Positions 45,367-60,111 of a DNA stretch of 64,000 bases are shown here, in pieces. The notes under the pieces are model-generated. The model was not told where the DNA came from, made no database searches, and saw only the letters and a list, made by a program, of their open reading frames with translations. The DNA lies in NCBI GenBank assembly GCA_964016885.1, contig OZ024760.1:14756001-14820000 (forward strand). Reading direction: 5' to 3'. The first letter of the stretch is position 1; each line of letters starts with the position of its first letter. The translations under genes and the position numbers were made by a program. This stretch comes from Eledone cirrhosa (taxonomy: Eukaryota).

Positions 45367-45453
45367 GTAAAAGGTAAACAGAAATAACAACACAATCGGT
45401 ACAGTATATGGAAGGAATATATTAGGTTATCGCTTGAAATAGCAGGAAGAGGG

Positions 45454-45489
45454 TCTTAACGTTTCAGACGGTAGTCCTTCATCAGAAGA
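45454..45489 (-). ncRNA. Minimal hammerhead family C (repeat about 45365-45590)
   Basis: TCTT-CTGATGA-aGGAC tacc GTCT-GAA-ACGT-T-AAGA. Confidence 0.62.
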
Positions 45490-46154
45490 AAGAATGAGAA
45501 ATAAGATATATTGAGGGGACGGGAGTGGTGGAATTGGAAAAAATGTCTTTAGATAAAAATATCAGGTCCATTCATGTTGACATCTCTTGTTTTTATCAAA
45601 AATTTTATTCAATATTATTTTTCCCATTAAAATAGTTTTTTATTGCATTTATATATATTTTAATTATATCATAATCTTTATTCATCACCATCATCATCAT
45701 CATTTTTATGCCAACTTTTCCATGCTGGCATGGGATGGACGAGATATTTTGAAGCTATGTTTTACAGCTGGATGCTTGCTCTTCCTCATATCAACTGTGT
45801 CAGTTACTTCATATGACACACATGGAGACATGGTGTACCTTTTCTAAACTGGATACCCTCATAGTTTATAATTTAAAAGATATTTTCATTTGTAGTCGGC
45901 TCCTCTTTTGTAGACCTTGGTTCACCTGCCCTGTAGACCCCATAGTAAATCCAGCAATAGAAAGTCTCCCTGGTGTCCCTCTTCCCTGGATGTCCTAAAC
46001 ATGTGCTCTGGTTATGACCTATCATATGATTTAATGTGGGTGAGTGTGGACTGTGTAGTAGAAGATGCAGGCTTAATAATTAGGCTTAGTAAAAAAAAGA
46101 AAATGTGAATAAGAAAACACAGGGAGGAGATGATAAATGACAGAGATTTCTTAC

Positions 46155-46200
46155 CTGGTTTTTATGTTGATGAAATTTAGCACAGACTGAGTATTCATAC
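46155..46200 (-). other. Probable 5' UTR exon end (donor) of paralog 1
   Basis: CAG|GTAAGA donor on the minus strand at 46155/46154. The ATG exon starts at an acceptor (CAG at 44537-44535), so an upstream non-coding exon is needed. The 5' limit is unknown. Confidence 0.4.
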
Positions 46201-46431
46201 CTGGGTGATACTATTAATTGAGATATACTGACAAAATGGACTCTTCCAAAGTAAAATAAATGAATAGATAAATAAATATAACCTTAACTCTGTGTTTTGT
46301 TTTAGAGTGTATGAAAGTCTATATATAAAGTGGATATATATGAAAACAGGGTGTATAAGTATGTATGTGTAGGTTAGACTATATATACACACACACACAT
46401 GTATGTATGTATGTATAAATGTATGTGGATG

Positions 46432-46469
<38 letters not shown>

Positions 46470-47135
46470 TGTATGTATGCATGTTTGTTTGTATGTATAT
46501 ATGTATGTTTGTATACATGTATGTATGTATGTTTGTTTGTTTGTATGTGTGTTTGTTTGTATATATGTATATATATACAGACAAACAAACATACATACAA
46601 ATATATGTATATATATATATGTGTGTGTGTTTCTATACACACAAACCCACCCCAATTACGGGTCTGTGATTAAAATTTGAACTTGATATATACATTATTC
46701 ACTATCTTTGATGATAAATATATACTTTAGAATAAAGACTTTAGAATACAAGATAAGTTCCACTGAAATACATAACATAAAATTGTGTCAAGGAATGTTT
46801 TTTTCCATAATATCAGTTCAAGTATGACTGTGTGATTAAGAGGTTTGCTTCACAACCACATGGTACCAGGTTCAATCCCTTTGCTGGACACCTTGGGCTT
46901 CTACTAGAGCCATGGATTGAGTGATTCCTCAGGAGGGAAAATTGCTGGCTAGAAAATGTAGATGCTTTTCTTGTTGTTTATATATGTATGTATATATGTG
47001 TATATATATATATATAAATATATAAATATATATACAAATGGAAAGTTAGTAAAATTGAAGTTTTGGCAGTGACCAAGCTAACTTAATACAATTAGGTTTA
47101 TGCAAAGCACTCGATAATGGTGTATCACCTTAGAA

Positions 47136-47322
47136 CAGCGGTTCCCAAAGTGGGTTCTGCGGAACCCAAGGATTCCGCAAACAAGTGTCTGGAGTTCCGT
47201 GAAAAAATGGTAGAGGGCGTATATTTGTAATATGACCATATAACAGTATTAGACTTTGAGGTTCCCCCAAAAGTTTCTGAGCCAAAAAGGGTTCCGCGTT
47301 TGAAAAAGTTTGGGAAACCCTG
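47136..47322. mobile_element. hAT (Charlie-like) MITE
   Basis: TIRs CAGCGGTTCCCAAA / TTTGGGAAACCCTG; 8-bp target duplication CCTTAGAA / CCTTAGAG. Confidence 0.85.
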
Positions 47323-47511
47323 CCTTAGAGTAATTAACATGCGTTAGATAACATGACAAATTGAAAACCGTGGCAAGCGGGCCCAACCACATAATACACA
47401 AAAACAACGAAAATACATTCATATATATATATTTGAAGGAGTCAACAAACAAAGGTACAGAAAGTCTTATTAGTTTCACGTTTTATTGTATATATATATA
47501 TATGCACATAA

Positions 47512-47542
<31 letters not shown>

Positions 47543-47879
47543 AATATAAATATTTGTTTCTACTTTTGGCACAAGGCCAGCAATTACCCAGTGTATTACT
47601 GGTACTTTATATTATCGACCCCATAAGGATGAAAGGCAAAGTTAACCTCGGTGGGATTTGAACTCAGAATGGCAAGGGCCGTAACTCTATGCGTCAAAGC
47701 ATGGCGTCCGACCCTCTACCGATACTGCCAATCCACTGGCCATTATATAAATATAAATATTACGAACGAGACATGGTCACCCGACCAAACTTGCCTTAAG
47801 TGGGACAAACCCGTCTAACACATACTAGCGTGGAAGATGGACATTAAATGATGAGGATATACATATATGTATATATATT

Positions 47880-48391
<512 letters not shown>

Positions 48392-48505
48392 CAAAGAAAA
48401 TTTAAAGGGCTCTGGCCAACGTCTATGGACCTCTTTTATTGAGAAGCACAAAAATCTAACATTTAATATGTTTTCATCCCTCACATTTATATATATATAT
48501 ATATA

Positions 48506-49165
48506 TCTATATATATAAAACTGTGGTTGTCTGTCTGTCCATCGATTTTTGGCACACATCTCCTCTTAGAATCTCTGACGGAATTGCACCGAAATTGCTA
48601 TACTTGTACATTGAGCCCTAGCGAAGACATCGGAAAAAAAATATTTCAAATTGACCCACCCTATGTGACGAAATCGAATCTAATGTATCGTTTTTTGAGC
48701 GTAAGTGACGAGTTATTTCCCTTTGTTCTGTTTACATTGAGCGTAATACGTTCTGTTTACATTTTCTGTGTGCAAAAATTAAAAAAATTACGCTGGCTTT
48801 CTCAGCGTTTAAAAGGACATTAACACAATACACGAACAGTTGTCGAGCGAGCAAAATTTTGACCTGCAAAATTCATCAGTTCGAACACTAAGCTTCCGTT
48901 TTGCTTCATTTCCATTTAAAAGCCTTTTAAAACAATATTTTTACTTGAAAACAAGTCTATTTAAAGACTACGTAAAACAAGCAAATATTTCGTAAAAAAA
49001 AGCAAAAATTATATAAGTTTATTTAAAATATATGTATCTGTAAATTTCGTTAGGCGTGCAGACAGACAGTCGTGCAGACAGACTTTAAGCCAAAAAAGAA
49101 ACTTAACATTGTAACTTTAACACAGCTACTGAGCGACCCCGAGCAACGCCGGGCTTTACTGCTAG
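48506..49165 (+). mobile_element. Non-autonomous Helitron-like element 1
   Basis: 5' TCTATATATATAAAACTGTGGTTGTCTGTCTGTC; 3' hairpin CCCG-AGCAACGC-CGGG followed by CTAG|T. Confidence 0.75.
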
Positions 49166-51164
49166 TATATATATAAAACTGAGGTTGTCTGTCTGTCTGT
49201 CTACTAAAACGGTCGGCACACATCTCCTCTTAAACCGTACGTTCAAATTTCGGTGAAATTGCTACACTTATAGATGAAGGTCCGACAGAGACATCGGTCA
49301 AAAAAATTTTTTAAATCGACTCACTCCAAGTGCAAAAATCGAATTTGTAATGTATTGATTTTTCAGTTCAAATGTATAGAGATGAGAGACAAGTCATTTC
49401 CCTTTTATGGCGTCATTTGTTTATCGAACAAACTATGCCTACAAAAATACGCGAACAGTTTTCGTGCCAGCAAAATTTTAACCTGCAAAATTCATGAGTT
49501 CGAAGTTTCAAAATTAATCTTCCATTTTGCTTCATTTCCATTAAAAAGTCTTTTAAAACAATATTTCAGCGCATCAGCCTCGCCGTCATCCGAGGCAACG
49601 CTGTGAGTGTGCTGGCTTGCCTCAAAATTAGAGAGGTTGCCCAGTACTCGCGACGTTGCTGACTTTTGCTCTGATGTTGGCTCCGTTGTTCAGCCCTTCC
49701 TTTGCATTTTCTTTAATATTGTAGTTTATGTATATATTAAAAATATATTTGTTATGTTATTCTACTGTAAATTTATTTATATGCTCTGTTTATACCCTCA
49801 AGAATCTATGAAACTACATACATGTTGCAACTCTCTCTCTATATATATATCACACACACACACACACATATACATATACATCTAAAGAGAGAATGGGAGA
49901 TGTAGAGAGAGAGAGTGAGATAGGTCGTTATACAGAGAGAGGTACAAGATAATCAGATAGAGAGAGAGAGAATCGCGACGAACGCTGGTTCACTCACACA
50001 CACACACACAAACACACATATATATAAAGAGAGAGAGAGAGATCTCTGCGTTCTTTATTGTTCTCCATTCTGTAGGAGGAAGAGAGAGAGAGGGGGTATG
50101 AGTGAGTGAGAGAGAGAGAGAGGAGTTGAGAAAGAAAGAAAGTTTAAGCAAAGAATCGCTGCTTTCAACATTAACGGGATCTTAAGCTAAAAAATTCTAT
50201 CTGTGGATGCAGAATTAAATATTTCGAGAAACGTTACAACTGAAGGAAAACAGGAAGACGATATTTTGGTTCGTGAAGACGTTCCCTGGTAATGAACGGA
50301 AAAAAAGCGAGGATAATACGTCGTTATGTGGACCGAGAAGAACAATTTCATGCAAAGACAAGACCAAGTTTATGGTGTAAATGGAGTCGTTAGACTAATA
50401 TTCTATTTAAAAATTTAAAATAACCGAATGATTTCCAGCCCCGGAGTTTAAGAATGATGTAAATAAAATTGTAAACGAAAATGACAGAGTTTATTAAAAT
50501 AATTGTTTCTACTTTTGGCACAAGGCCAGCAAATACCCAGTACATTACTGGTACTTTATTTTATCGACCCCGTAAGGATGAAAGGCAAAGTTAACCTTGA
50601 CGGGATTTTAACTTTGCCTTAAAATAGTAAAAGTAAATAGTGAAGATTTAGGCCAGTACATACGTATGCGCCGACGGACATACACATACATACGCACACA
50701 CAAATACACACACACACGTGTGTGTGTGTGTGTAAACCTTATGCATTTCTACAGTATTTTCACCAAACTTAAGACATAGGTTACTTATGTACTCCGGATG
50801 GTCATGGGCACTTTCATTTTTCCAGATATTGATTATAGGGCCTCCCGGCAGATAACCCCCTTTAACCACTTCCTTGGAGTCGACTGAAGCACTGCAGTGC
50901 AATGCAACAAAACGTCATAACTTCTGGAATTCGCAACTGATTTTCACAAAACTTGACACATGGGCTACGTTTGTTCTACTGATGAATGTGAACTTTCAGA
51001 ATTGGCACATATTGAGTAGGGGACCCCTGGGGGCAGGAACCCGCTTTTGGAAAAAGCCGATGATTTTGTAAAAGTATAGTTTTCCAAGCAGCACTGAAGT
51101 ATTGACATAAATGGTATACATAACTGGTATTTAATACCCGAGCAACGCCGGGTACCTCTGCTAG
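49166..51164 (+). mobile_element. Non-autonomous Helitron-like element 2 (tandem with 1, about 2 kb, contains a SINE fragment)
   Basis: 5' TATATATATAAAACTGAGGTTGTCTGTCTGTC; first ~400 bp are homologous to element 1; 3' CCCGAGCAACGCCGGG...CTAG|T. Confidence 0.7.
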
Positions 51165-51970
51165 TATATATATAAATGTGAGGGGTGAAAACATATTAAA
51201 TGTTAGATTTTTGTGCTTCTCAATAAAGGAGCTCCATAGACTTTAGCCAGAACTGTGTGTGTATGTTTATGTGCCCGTGCTCATGTGTTTGTGCCTTTGT
51301 GTGTATGTGTGTGTGCCTGTGCTCATGTGTGTATGTGTGTGTGTCTGTGCTCATGTGTGAGCCTTTGTGTATGTGTGTGTGTGTGCCTGTGCTGATGTGT
51401 GTGTGTGTGAGCCTTTGTGTGTATATGTGTGTGTGCCTTTGTATGTACATGTGTGCGTGCGTGTTGATGTGTGTGTGTGCTTGCCTGTGTATGTGTGTGC
51501 ACCCGTACTGATGTGTGTATATGTGTGTGTAGCTGTGTGAGTACCTGCGTATATAGATACATAAGTACATTATACAAAGATACATATCTGTTTATCTGCA
51601 TGCGTCACATTCCAACACAACCTTTGACCCTCTACATTAAATCGTTTCAATCAGTTCCTTCAGAAAGACAGGAAAAAAAATCAATAATTTTTAAACACCA
51701 GAACATGAAAGAGAGAGCTATGCAGGTACGTGACTCTGAGATGATATTTAAAACCGTTCCCCCAAAAAAACCTTTCTTTCCATGTCTTTATTTTCTGTAT
51801 CTATCCTTTGTGATCCTATCTCTATTTTTGCAGCCCTGAAGAAGGGCTAAAGCCCGACACGTCAAACTTTCTGTCCCCTTTTCCATATAAAGCATGAAAC
51901 TAATAAGACTTTGTGTACCTCTGTTGGTTGTTTCCTTGAACTGTATATATATATATATATATATTATATT

Positions 51971-52042
<72 letters not shown>

Positions 52043-52044
52043 TA

Positions 52045-52084
<40 letters not shown>

Positions 52085-52114
52085 TTATATATATATATAT
52101 ATATATATTATATT

Positions 52115-52156
<42 letters not shown>

Positions 52157-52158
52157 TA

Positions 52159-52189
<31 letters not shown>

Positions 52190-52364
52190 TATATTTATAT
52201 ATATATATATATATTATATTTATATATAATATATATATATATTATATTTATATATAATATATATATATATTATATTTATATATAATATATATATATATTA
52301 TATTTATATATAATATATATATATATTATATTTATATATAATATATATATATATTATATATATA

Positions 52365-52404
<40 letters not shown>

Positions 52405-52714
52405 TGTATATATAATATTTATATATAATATATATATTATATATATATACAGGGAGTGTAATGTGAAGTTAGTGTACGTTAACCCAATATATATATATAA
52501 GAAAAGACCTTTGTTCGACTATATATATGTGTTTATATCTATATTATGTCTGTATTTTTGACCGTTGGTCAGTCAATGATAAACATTGAGGAGCGGATGA
52601 GTTAATGTGGAGTTATAAAAGATACAGAAGTGAACACCAACTAAACAGTGAGTGTGTTCTGTTATTATTTCTGGCAATATTATTACAACAATATGACCCT
52701 CCCCAAGTATAACA

Positions 52715-52771
<57 letters not shown>

Positions 52772-53281
52772 CATATATATAATTAGGTTTTTAGAATCCA
52801 ATGTCAATAAATACACCAGGATTTTTTCATTCTGATGATTGAAAGCAAAATTTTTTACTTTTAAGAAACCACTGGTAAATGGAATAATTGCCTTATGTTG
52901 TTTATTACATAACTATATATAATTATATATATATTATATATATACATATTATATATAGATATTATATATATATATTCATCATCATCATCATCATTTTACG
53001 TCCGCTCTTCCCTGCTTGCAAGGGTGGGACGGGTCTTATTCAGCACAGCATCTCTCCACTTGTCTCGGTCCTTCGTCATCTCCACCGTGAGCTTCAGCGA
53101 TCTGAGGTCTGTTCTCACCACCTCCGCCCATGTTTTTTGTGGTCTACCTCTACCACGTCTTCCTCCAACTGGCATTTCTTGGCACTTCTTCACCCATCGG
53201 TTATATATATATATGTCCCACCCTGGCAAGCAGGGAAAAGCGGACGTAAAATGATGATGATGGGGATGATGATGATGATGA

Positions 53282-53355
<74 letters not shown>

Positions 53356-53433
53356 CGATTTCATCTTTTTTCTTTATATATATATATATATATATAATAT
53401 ATAAGATCAAAAGATGGTTAAAGGAGTTCCATG

Positions 53434-53504
53434 TATTTTATTATGCGCATTTCAAAAACAAACATCATCATGCAATAATATTTGTGTTTTCATCAGATAA
53501 AACA
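53434..53504 (-). ncRNA. Hammerhead ribozyme family B (left arm of palindrome)
   Basis: Exact reverse complement of 53623-53693. Confidence 0.8.
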
Positions 53505-53622
53505 GGAGAACATGATATGAAGGCTAAAAAACACTTGTGGATAGTGCAGTTTTAAATCAACATATGTTGATTTAAAACTGCACTATCCACAAGTGTTTTT
53601 TAGCCTTCATATCATGTTCTCC

Positions 53623-53693
53623 TGTTTTATCTGATGAAAACACAAATATTATTGCATGATGATGTTTGTTTTTGAAATGCGCATAATAAAATA
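53623..53693 (+). ncRNA. Hammerhead ribozyme family B (right arm of palindrome)
   Basis: TGTTTTAT-CTGATGA-AAACACAAATATTATT gcat GATGATGTTTGTTTTT-GAA-ATGCGCAT-A-ATAAAATA. Palindromic stem III. Confidence 0.8.
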
Positions 53694-53816
53694 CATGGAA
53701 CTCCTTTAACCATCTTTTGATCTTATATATTATGTATACTCCAGTCCTACAAACTGTAGAGTGCTTCTTATCCGATATCTGCATTGCTTTATTGTACTAC
53801 AATAAAACTCACCTCC

Positions 53817-53857
<41 letters not shown>

Positions 53858-54140
53858 AATGGCGTGCTGCGTTGTTGCAAATGGGATACATATGAATAAA
53901 ATTTGAACAGAAGATAGGGCGTCCGTCATCAGTGATCTTCCAGCGGTCGTTGCTATTTCTTTGCACTAAAGATCATATACCTCTGGTTGGTGCGAGCAAT
54001 AACTAAAAAAAAGTTATTGGGACACGTAGAATAGGGTGAAGCGAGTGAGACATAGTAATATAATTATATATATATATATATACATATACATATACATATA
54101 TATATATATCATCATCATCATCATCGTCATTTTATATATA

Positions 54141-54189
<49 letters not shown>

Positions 54190-54214
54190 CAATATATATA
54201 TATATATTAAATAT

Positions 54215-54269
<55 letters not shown>

Positions 54270-54306
54270 TAAAATATAACAATATATATATATATATATT
54301 AAATAT

Positions 54307-54367
<61 letters not shown>

Positions 54368-54446
54368 TATATTGTTATATTTTATATATATATATATATA
54401 TATAAAATATAACAATATATATATATATATATATTAAATATAACAA

Positions 54447-54506
<60 letters not shown>

Positions 54507-54537
54507 CAATATATATATATATATATATATTAAATAT

Positions 54538-54595
<58 letters not shown>

Positions 54596-55221
54596 CATCA
54601 TCATCATCATCATCAACGTTTAATGTCCGTGTTCCACGCTTGCATGGGTTTGGACGGGGGTTTTCCCACTTGAGGCAAGAGTGATTATCTTGCTCGTATA
54701 GGACTGTCTGGCAGGTTTTCTACAGCTGGATGCCCTTCCTAACACCAACCACATTTACAGTGTGGGGCTGGGAGGTTTTTACCGTGTTGCCTACACGGCC
54801 ACATTACAGCGTGAACTGTGTGTTTTTTTGACGTGACACTGCACAATATATATATATATATATTGTTATATTTGGAGAGGGACATGTTATAATATTGCCA
54901 GAAATATATAATATAACACACTCACTGTTTGGTTTGTTTATATATTTATTGTTGTTGTTGTTGTGTTGGTAGTTGTTGAACCCTAGGTCAATGTTGATGA
55001 AACAGCAGGTCCTATAATCAAAGATATTTCCATACATGACCATACTATCTGGTTCATTGTGGAGTGTCTTATGTCAAGATTTGCAACCGGCAGATAGTAC
55101 CAGCTTTGGAAAGACCAATGGAAACATAGTTTCCTTGGTCCGATCTAGATCTGATGATAGTACCAGCTTTGGAAAGACCAATGGAAACATTCTTTCCTCC
55201 GGTCTAATCTACTACTACTAG

Positions 55222-55252
<31 letters not shown>

Positions 55253-55361
55253 GCTACTACTACTACTACTACTACTGCTGCTACTACTACTATTACTATT
55301 ACTACTACTACCACCACCACCACTACCACTATTACTACTACTACTGCTACTACTACTATAC

Positions 55362-56679
55362 ATGTTATATTTTCAGTTGTTGAATCAAAGAAATTTCTTT
55401 GCTCCAGCTCTGTTGGTTGTTGTTGTTGTTATTTTTCTCTGCGATGGTACCAGTGCTAGTAAAGGTAGGTAAACCTCTTAGTTCATATTTAGTTTCTTTT
55501 AGTCTTTCACTAGTCAACCTCCTCCTCCCCCTCGTGGATGCAACATGGCTGAATATTTAAAGGGCTTGCTTCACAATCATTAGGTCTCGGGTTTGATTCC
55601 AATGCGCGTGTTATTTGGATGCAGTTCAGATGCCATGATGATCATTATCGTTTTACGTCCATTTTTCGACGCTGTCATGGGTTAGACGAGTTGTCCTGTT
55701 GTGGGCAATGCTAGGTCAGATGACCATTTCTTGCTCATACAGAACCGATTTTTTCTTGGTTTCTACAGCTGGATGCTCTTCCTAACGCCAACCTCATTTA
55801 CTGTGAGTACTGGGTGCTTTTTGTGTTGACATCTACACAACCACTTTATAGTTTGGACTGGGTGTGTTTTGTCACCAACGCGACTACTTTACAGTGTGGG
55901 CCGGGGGCTTCATATATATATATATGTGTAAATAAATATATATATATATATATATGCAGAGGTTATTTTATCTGATGAAAGCGCACCATAATTTGCCTTG
56001 GTTGCCCTTGAAATATATATAATAAATAATTATGGTTTTATAAATATAGTTTCCATTTATTAATATATTGTATATATATATGTATGTAAAAGGTAAACAG
56101 AAATAACAACACAATCGGTACAGTATATGGAAGGTATATACTAGGTTAACACTTGACATAGCAGGAAGAGGGTCTTAACGTTTCAGACGCTAGTCCTTCA
56201 TCAGAAGAAAGAATGAGAAATAAAATAGATTGAGGGGATGGGCGGGATGGAATATATATATATATATATATATCCTCCGCAGTTGCTGCCCATGTCTCAC
56301 TACCATGCAACATCATGCATCTCACACAGGCATCATATAATCGGCCCTTCATTCGTAGGGAGAAAGCCTTCTTTGTCAACAGAGGAAGCGGCTGATGATG
56401 ATGATGATAATATATATATATTTATATTTTTCAGGAATACCAATTGATTTCTCAGTGCCCAAAGCATATTCTGTGAGGCTGGAACAGACAGAATATGGTA
56501 AAGACCACTCGGAACACACAATGAAATACTACGACCATAGTTTGAGAAAGATGTCGCTATGGTTATCAGATAATGAGAAAGTTTCTGAATTTCTTTTTGA
56601 TTTTATTCACAATATCTTCGTTAAGGTGGAAATAATGCTGAAAACTAAAAGTGAGGATCTTTGGATTATTCCTTCGTGA

Positions 56680-56737
<58 letters not shown>

Positions 56738-56863
56738 TCTCTCTCTAGCTGTCTTTGTTTCTCTGTCTCTCGCTTTCTCTCTCTGTCAGTCTCTCTCTCT
56801 CCCTCTCTCTCTCTCTGTCTAGCTGTCTTTGTGTCTCTGTCTCGCTTTCTCACTCTGTCAGTC

Positions 56864-56907
<44 letters not shown>

Positions 56908-59624
56908 GCTGTCTTTGTATCTCTATCTCTCTCTTTCTCTCTCTGTCAGTCTCTCTCTCTCTATCTAGCTGTCTTTGTATCTCTATCTCTCTCTTTCTCT
57001 CTCTGTCAGTCTCTCTCTCTCTCTAGCTGTCTTTGTGTCTCTGTCTCTCTCTGTCTGTCAGTCACTCTCTCTCTCTATCTATCTATTTCTGCCTCTATGT
57101 TTATCTGTCTCTCTCTGTATATCTATCTAGCTGTCTGTCTCTCTGTCACTCAGTTTACTTTCCTGTCTGTCTCTCTCTCCTATTGCCACACTACCACCAC
57201 AACCATCACCACCCCCACCATCACCATCGTCACCACCATCACAGTCACCATCACCACCACCACCACCACCACCATCACCACCACCATCACAGTCACCACC
57301 ACCACTACCACCACCATCACAGTCACCACCACCACCACCACCACCACCGCCACCACTACCATCACCACCACCACCACCACCACCACCACCACTACCATCA
57401 CCACCACCACCACCACCACCACCACCACATCATTCGTGTTATTTCTATTTCCAGAAAATGTGTGTGTTGTGGACTTCAATCTAACTGCCTCACCGGAACG
57501 TTTTGACAGTGATTTTACTTTGAAGAATGGCTTCATAGACATCGCTTCTCCACCTGAATCCCTTTTAATGAACGGTACCTACATATATGTTTTCAAAGAA
57601 TCTTCGACAATCAGAGGTATTAAGTGTAACACATGGTTGACTAAAAAACAGATAGACACAGATGAGGTAGTGGTAGTCCATGTGACTTTTACAGGTAAGT
57701 GATCCCTACTTATTAAACCACCTGAAACCCACCCCTGCTTCTATGATACAAATCTTTATGTTGACATTAAAAATTAAAGTCCTTATTTTAGTTTATTTTA
57801 ACCCTTTAGCATTTAAATCAGCCGTATCCGGCCAGAATTTTCTCACCTCTTTCTGTTCAAACTGGCCGTAACTGGCCACTCATACTGATGTTAAGGTATT
57901 GTTCTCAAAATAAATAATATCAAAATCTCATAGATTTGATATTATGTTAGATAAAGTATTTACCGTGGAAATATATTAGTAAATATAGGGTAATGTAAAT
58001 GCTAAAGGGTTAAATTACCTGAAACCTTCCCTGCTTCTATGCTACAAGTCTTTATATTGACATTAAAAATTAAAGTCTTATTTTAGTTTACTTTAAGTTT
58101 TCACAACAATCTGTCCACCTAGCAAATATACAGTGTACTCGCGGCATTCGCGGCCCCGACATTCACGGTCCTGGTTATTCATGGAATTTTCCTTAGAACC
58201 TAACAAATGATTGTTTGTGGAAACCACCGCATATTCGCGGAATTGTAAATATCTTCTGCAATTTTTTTTTTATGGTCAGTTTGAACAGAAAGGGGTGAGA
58301 GAATTCTGGCCGGTTACAGCCGGTTTGAACAGAAAAAGGTGAGAGAATTCTGGCCAGTTACAGCTGGTTTGAACAGAAAGAGGTGAAAGAATTCTGGCCA
58401 GTTATAGCCGGTTTAAACAGAAAGAGGTGAGAGAATTCTGGCCAGTTACAGCCGGTTTGAACAGAAAGGGGTGAGAGAATTCTGGCCGGTTACAGCCGGT
58501 TTGAACAGAAAGAGGCGAAAGAATTCTGGCCGGTTACAGCCGGTTTGAACAGAAAAAGGTGAGAGAATTCTGGCCAGTTACAGCTGGTTTGAACAGAAAG
58601 AGGTGAAAGAATTCTGGCCAGTTATAGCCGGTTTAAACAGAAAGAGGTGAGAGAATTCTGGCCAGTTACAGCCGGTTTGAACAGAAAGAGGTGAGAGAAT
58701 TCTGGCCGGTTACAGCCGGTTTGAACAGAAAGAGGTGAGAGAATTCTGGCCGGTTACAGCCGGTTTGAACAGAAAGAGGTGAAAGAATTCTGACCGGATA
58801 TGGCTGGTTTGAACAGAAAGAGGTGAGATAATTATGGCCGGCTTGAACATAAAGAGGTGAGAGAATTCTGGCCGGATATGGCTGGCTTGAACAGAAAGAG
58901 GTGAGAGAATTGTGGTTGGATATGGCTGGCTTGAACATAAAGAGGTGAGAGAATTGTGGTTGGATACAGTCGGTTTAAATGCGAAAGGGTTAAGAATTAA
59001 AGCCTCTTTTAACCATTTTATTTCCTTCACTCATATCTCTTTATCTTTTAGATAGTACATGGAAAACAGCTAGTAAACTACCCCAGGAGCTGGTTAGGAT
59101 GACATTGAAGAGTGATACTGTCCCCCCAACTGTAATTGATTATACGGACTTCATTCCTACTGGTTACAACTATGATGGTAATGATAATGATAATATAGAG
59201 AAATTTCAGGTAAGGAAGGCCTATCTCTCTCTCCCCCTCACTTTCCTTCCCCCCACATACTCTCTTTCTCTGTCTCTCTCTCATCATCATCATTTCATGC
59301 CTGCTGTTCCATGCTTGCATGGGTTGGACAGATCTTATTCAGCACAGCATCACTTCACTTGCCATGTTCCTTTATCAACTCCTCTGTGAGCTTTCAGCAA
59401 TTTGTAGGACTGGAGTATACATAATATATAAGATCAAAAGATGGTTAAATGAGTTCCATGTATTTTATTATGTTGATTTAAAACTGCACTATCCACAAGT
59501 GTTTTTTAACCTTCATATCATGTCCTATTTTATCTGATGAAAACACAAATGTTATTGCATGATGATATTTGTTTTTGAAATGCGCATAATAAAATACATG
59601 GAACTCATTTAACCATCTTTTGAT

Positions 59625-59665
<41 letters not shown>

Positions 59666-60056
59666 GTTGTTCTGCTCTTTCTCTCTCTTTCCTTCTCTAT
59701 CTTTCTCTTTCTCCGTAACCCAACGGCTTATTTTAAAAATATCCAATACTAACTTACCTAATAATATAATTAAAGCTACAACTCCACTATCCGGGAGCTT
59801 CCAACAGTAATGGTTGCATTCTTTAAGGGTATGTCAATATTTATTTATAAAACTGATCTATATTATATTTTATCTGATGAAAGCACACCATAATTTAACT
59901 TGGTGTCCTTGAAATATGTATAATGAAATAAATATGGTTTTATAAATATAGTTTCCATTTGTTAATATCGTATTTTTACTACAAATATTTGTTGAGTGCT
60001 TTATATCAGTTATAAAAATATTTGCTTGTTGTATCCCAACAATTTAAATAGAACTT

Positions 60057-60111
<55 letters not shown>

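Noticed and set aside
45896-46039. Apparent plus-strand exon (TTGTAG...GTGAGT)
   Set aside because: I found no convincing open frame or homology, and it is not needed for either gene model.
56755-57454. Ser/Leu- and Thr-rich N-terminus of the 315-aa ORF (mucin-like)
   Set aside because: Intronic (CT)n/(ACC)n. Only 57455-57694 is exonic, defined by the TTTCCAG acceptor and intron phase.
58277-58993. Possible CRISPR-like array (also 36087-36372 and 60650-61102)
   Set aside because: Units are contiguous with no unique spacers, there are no cas genes, and the context is eukaryotic.
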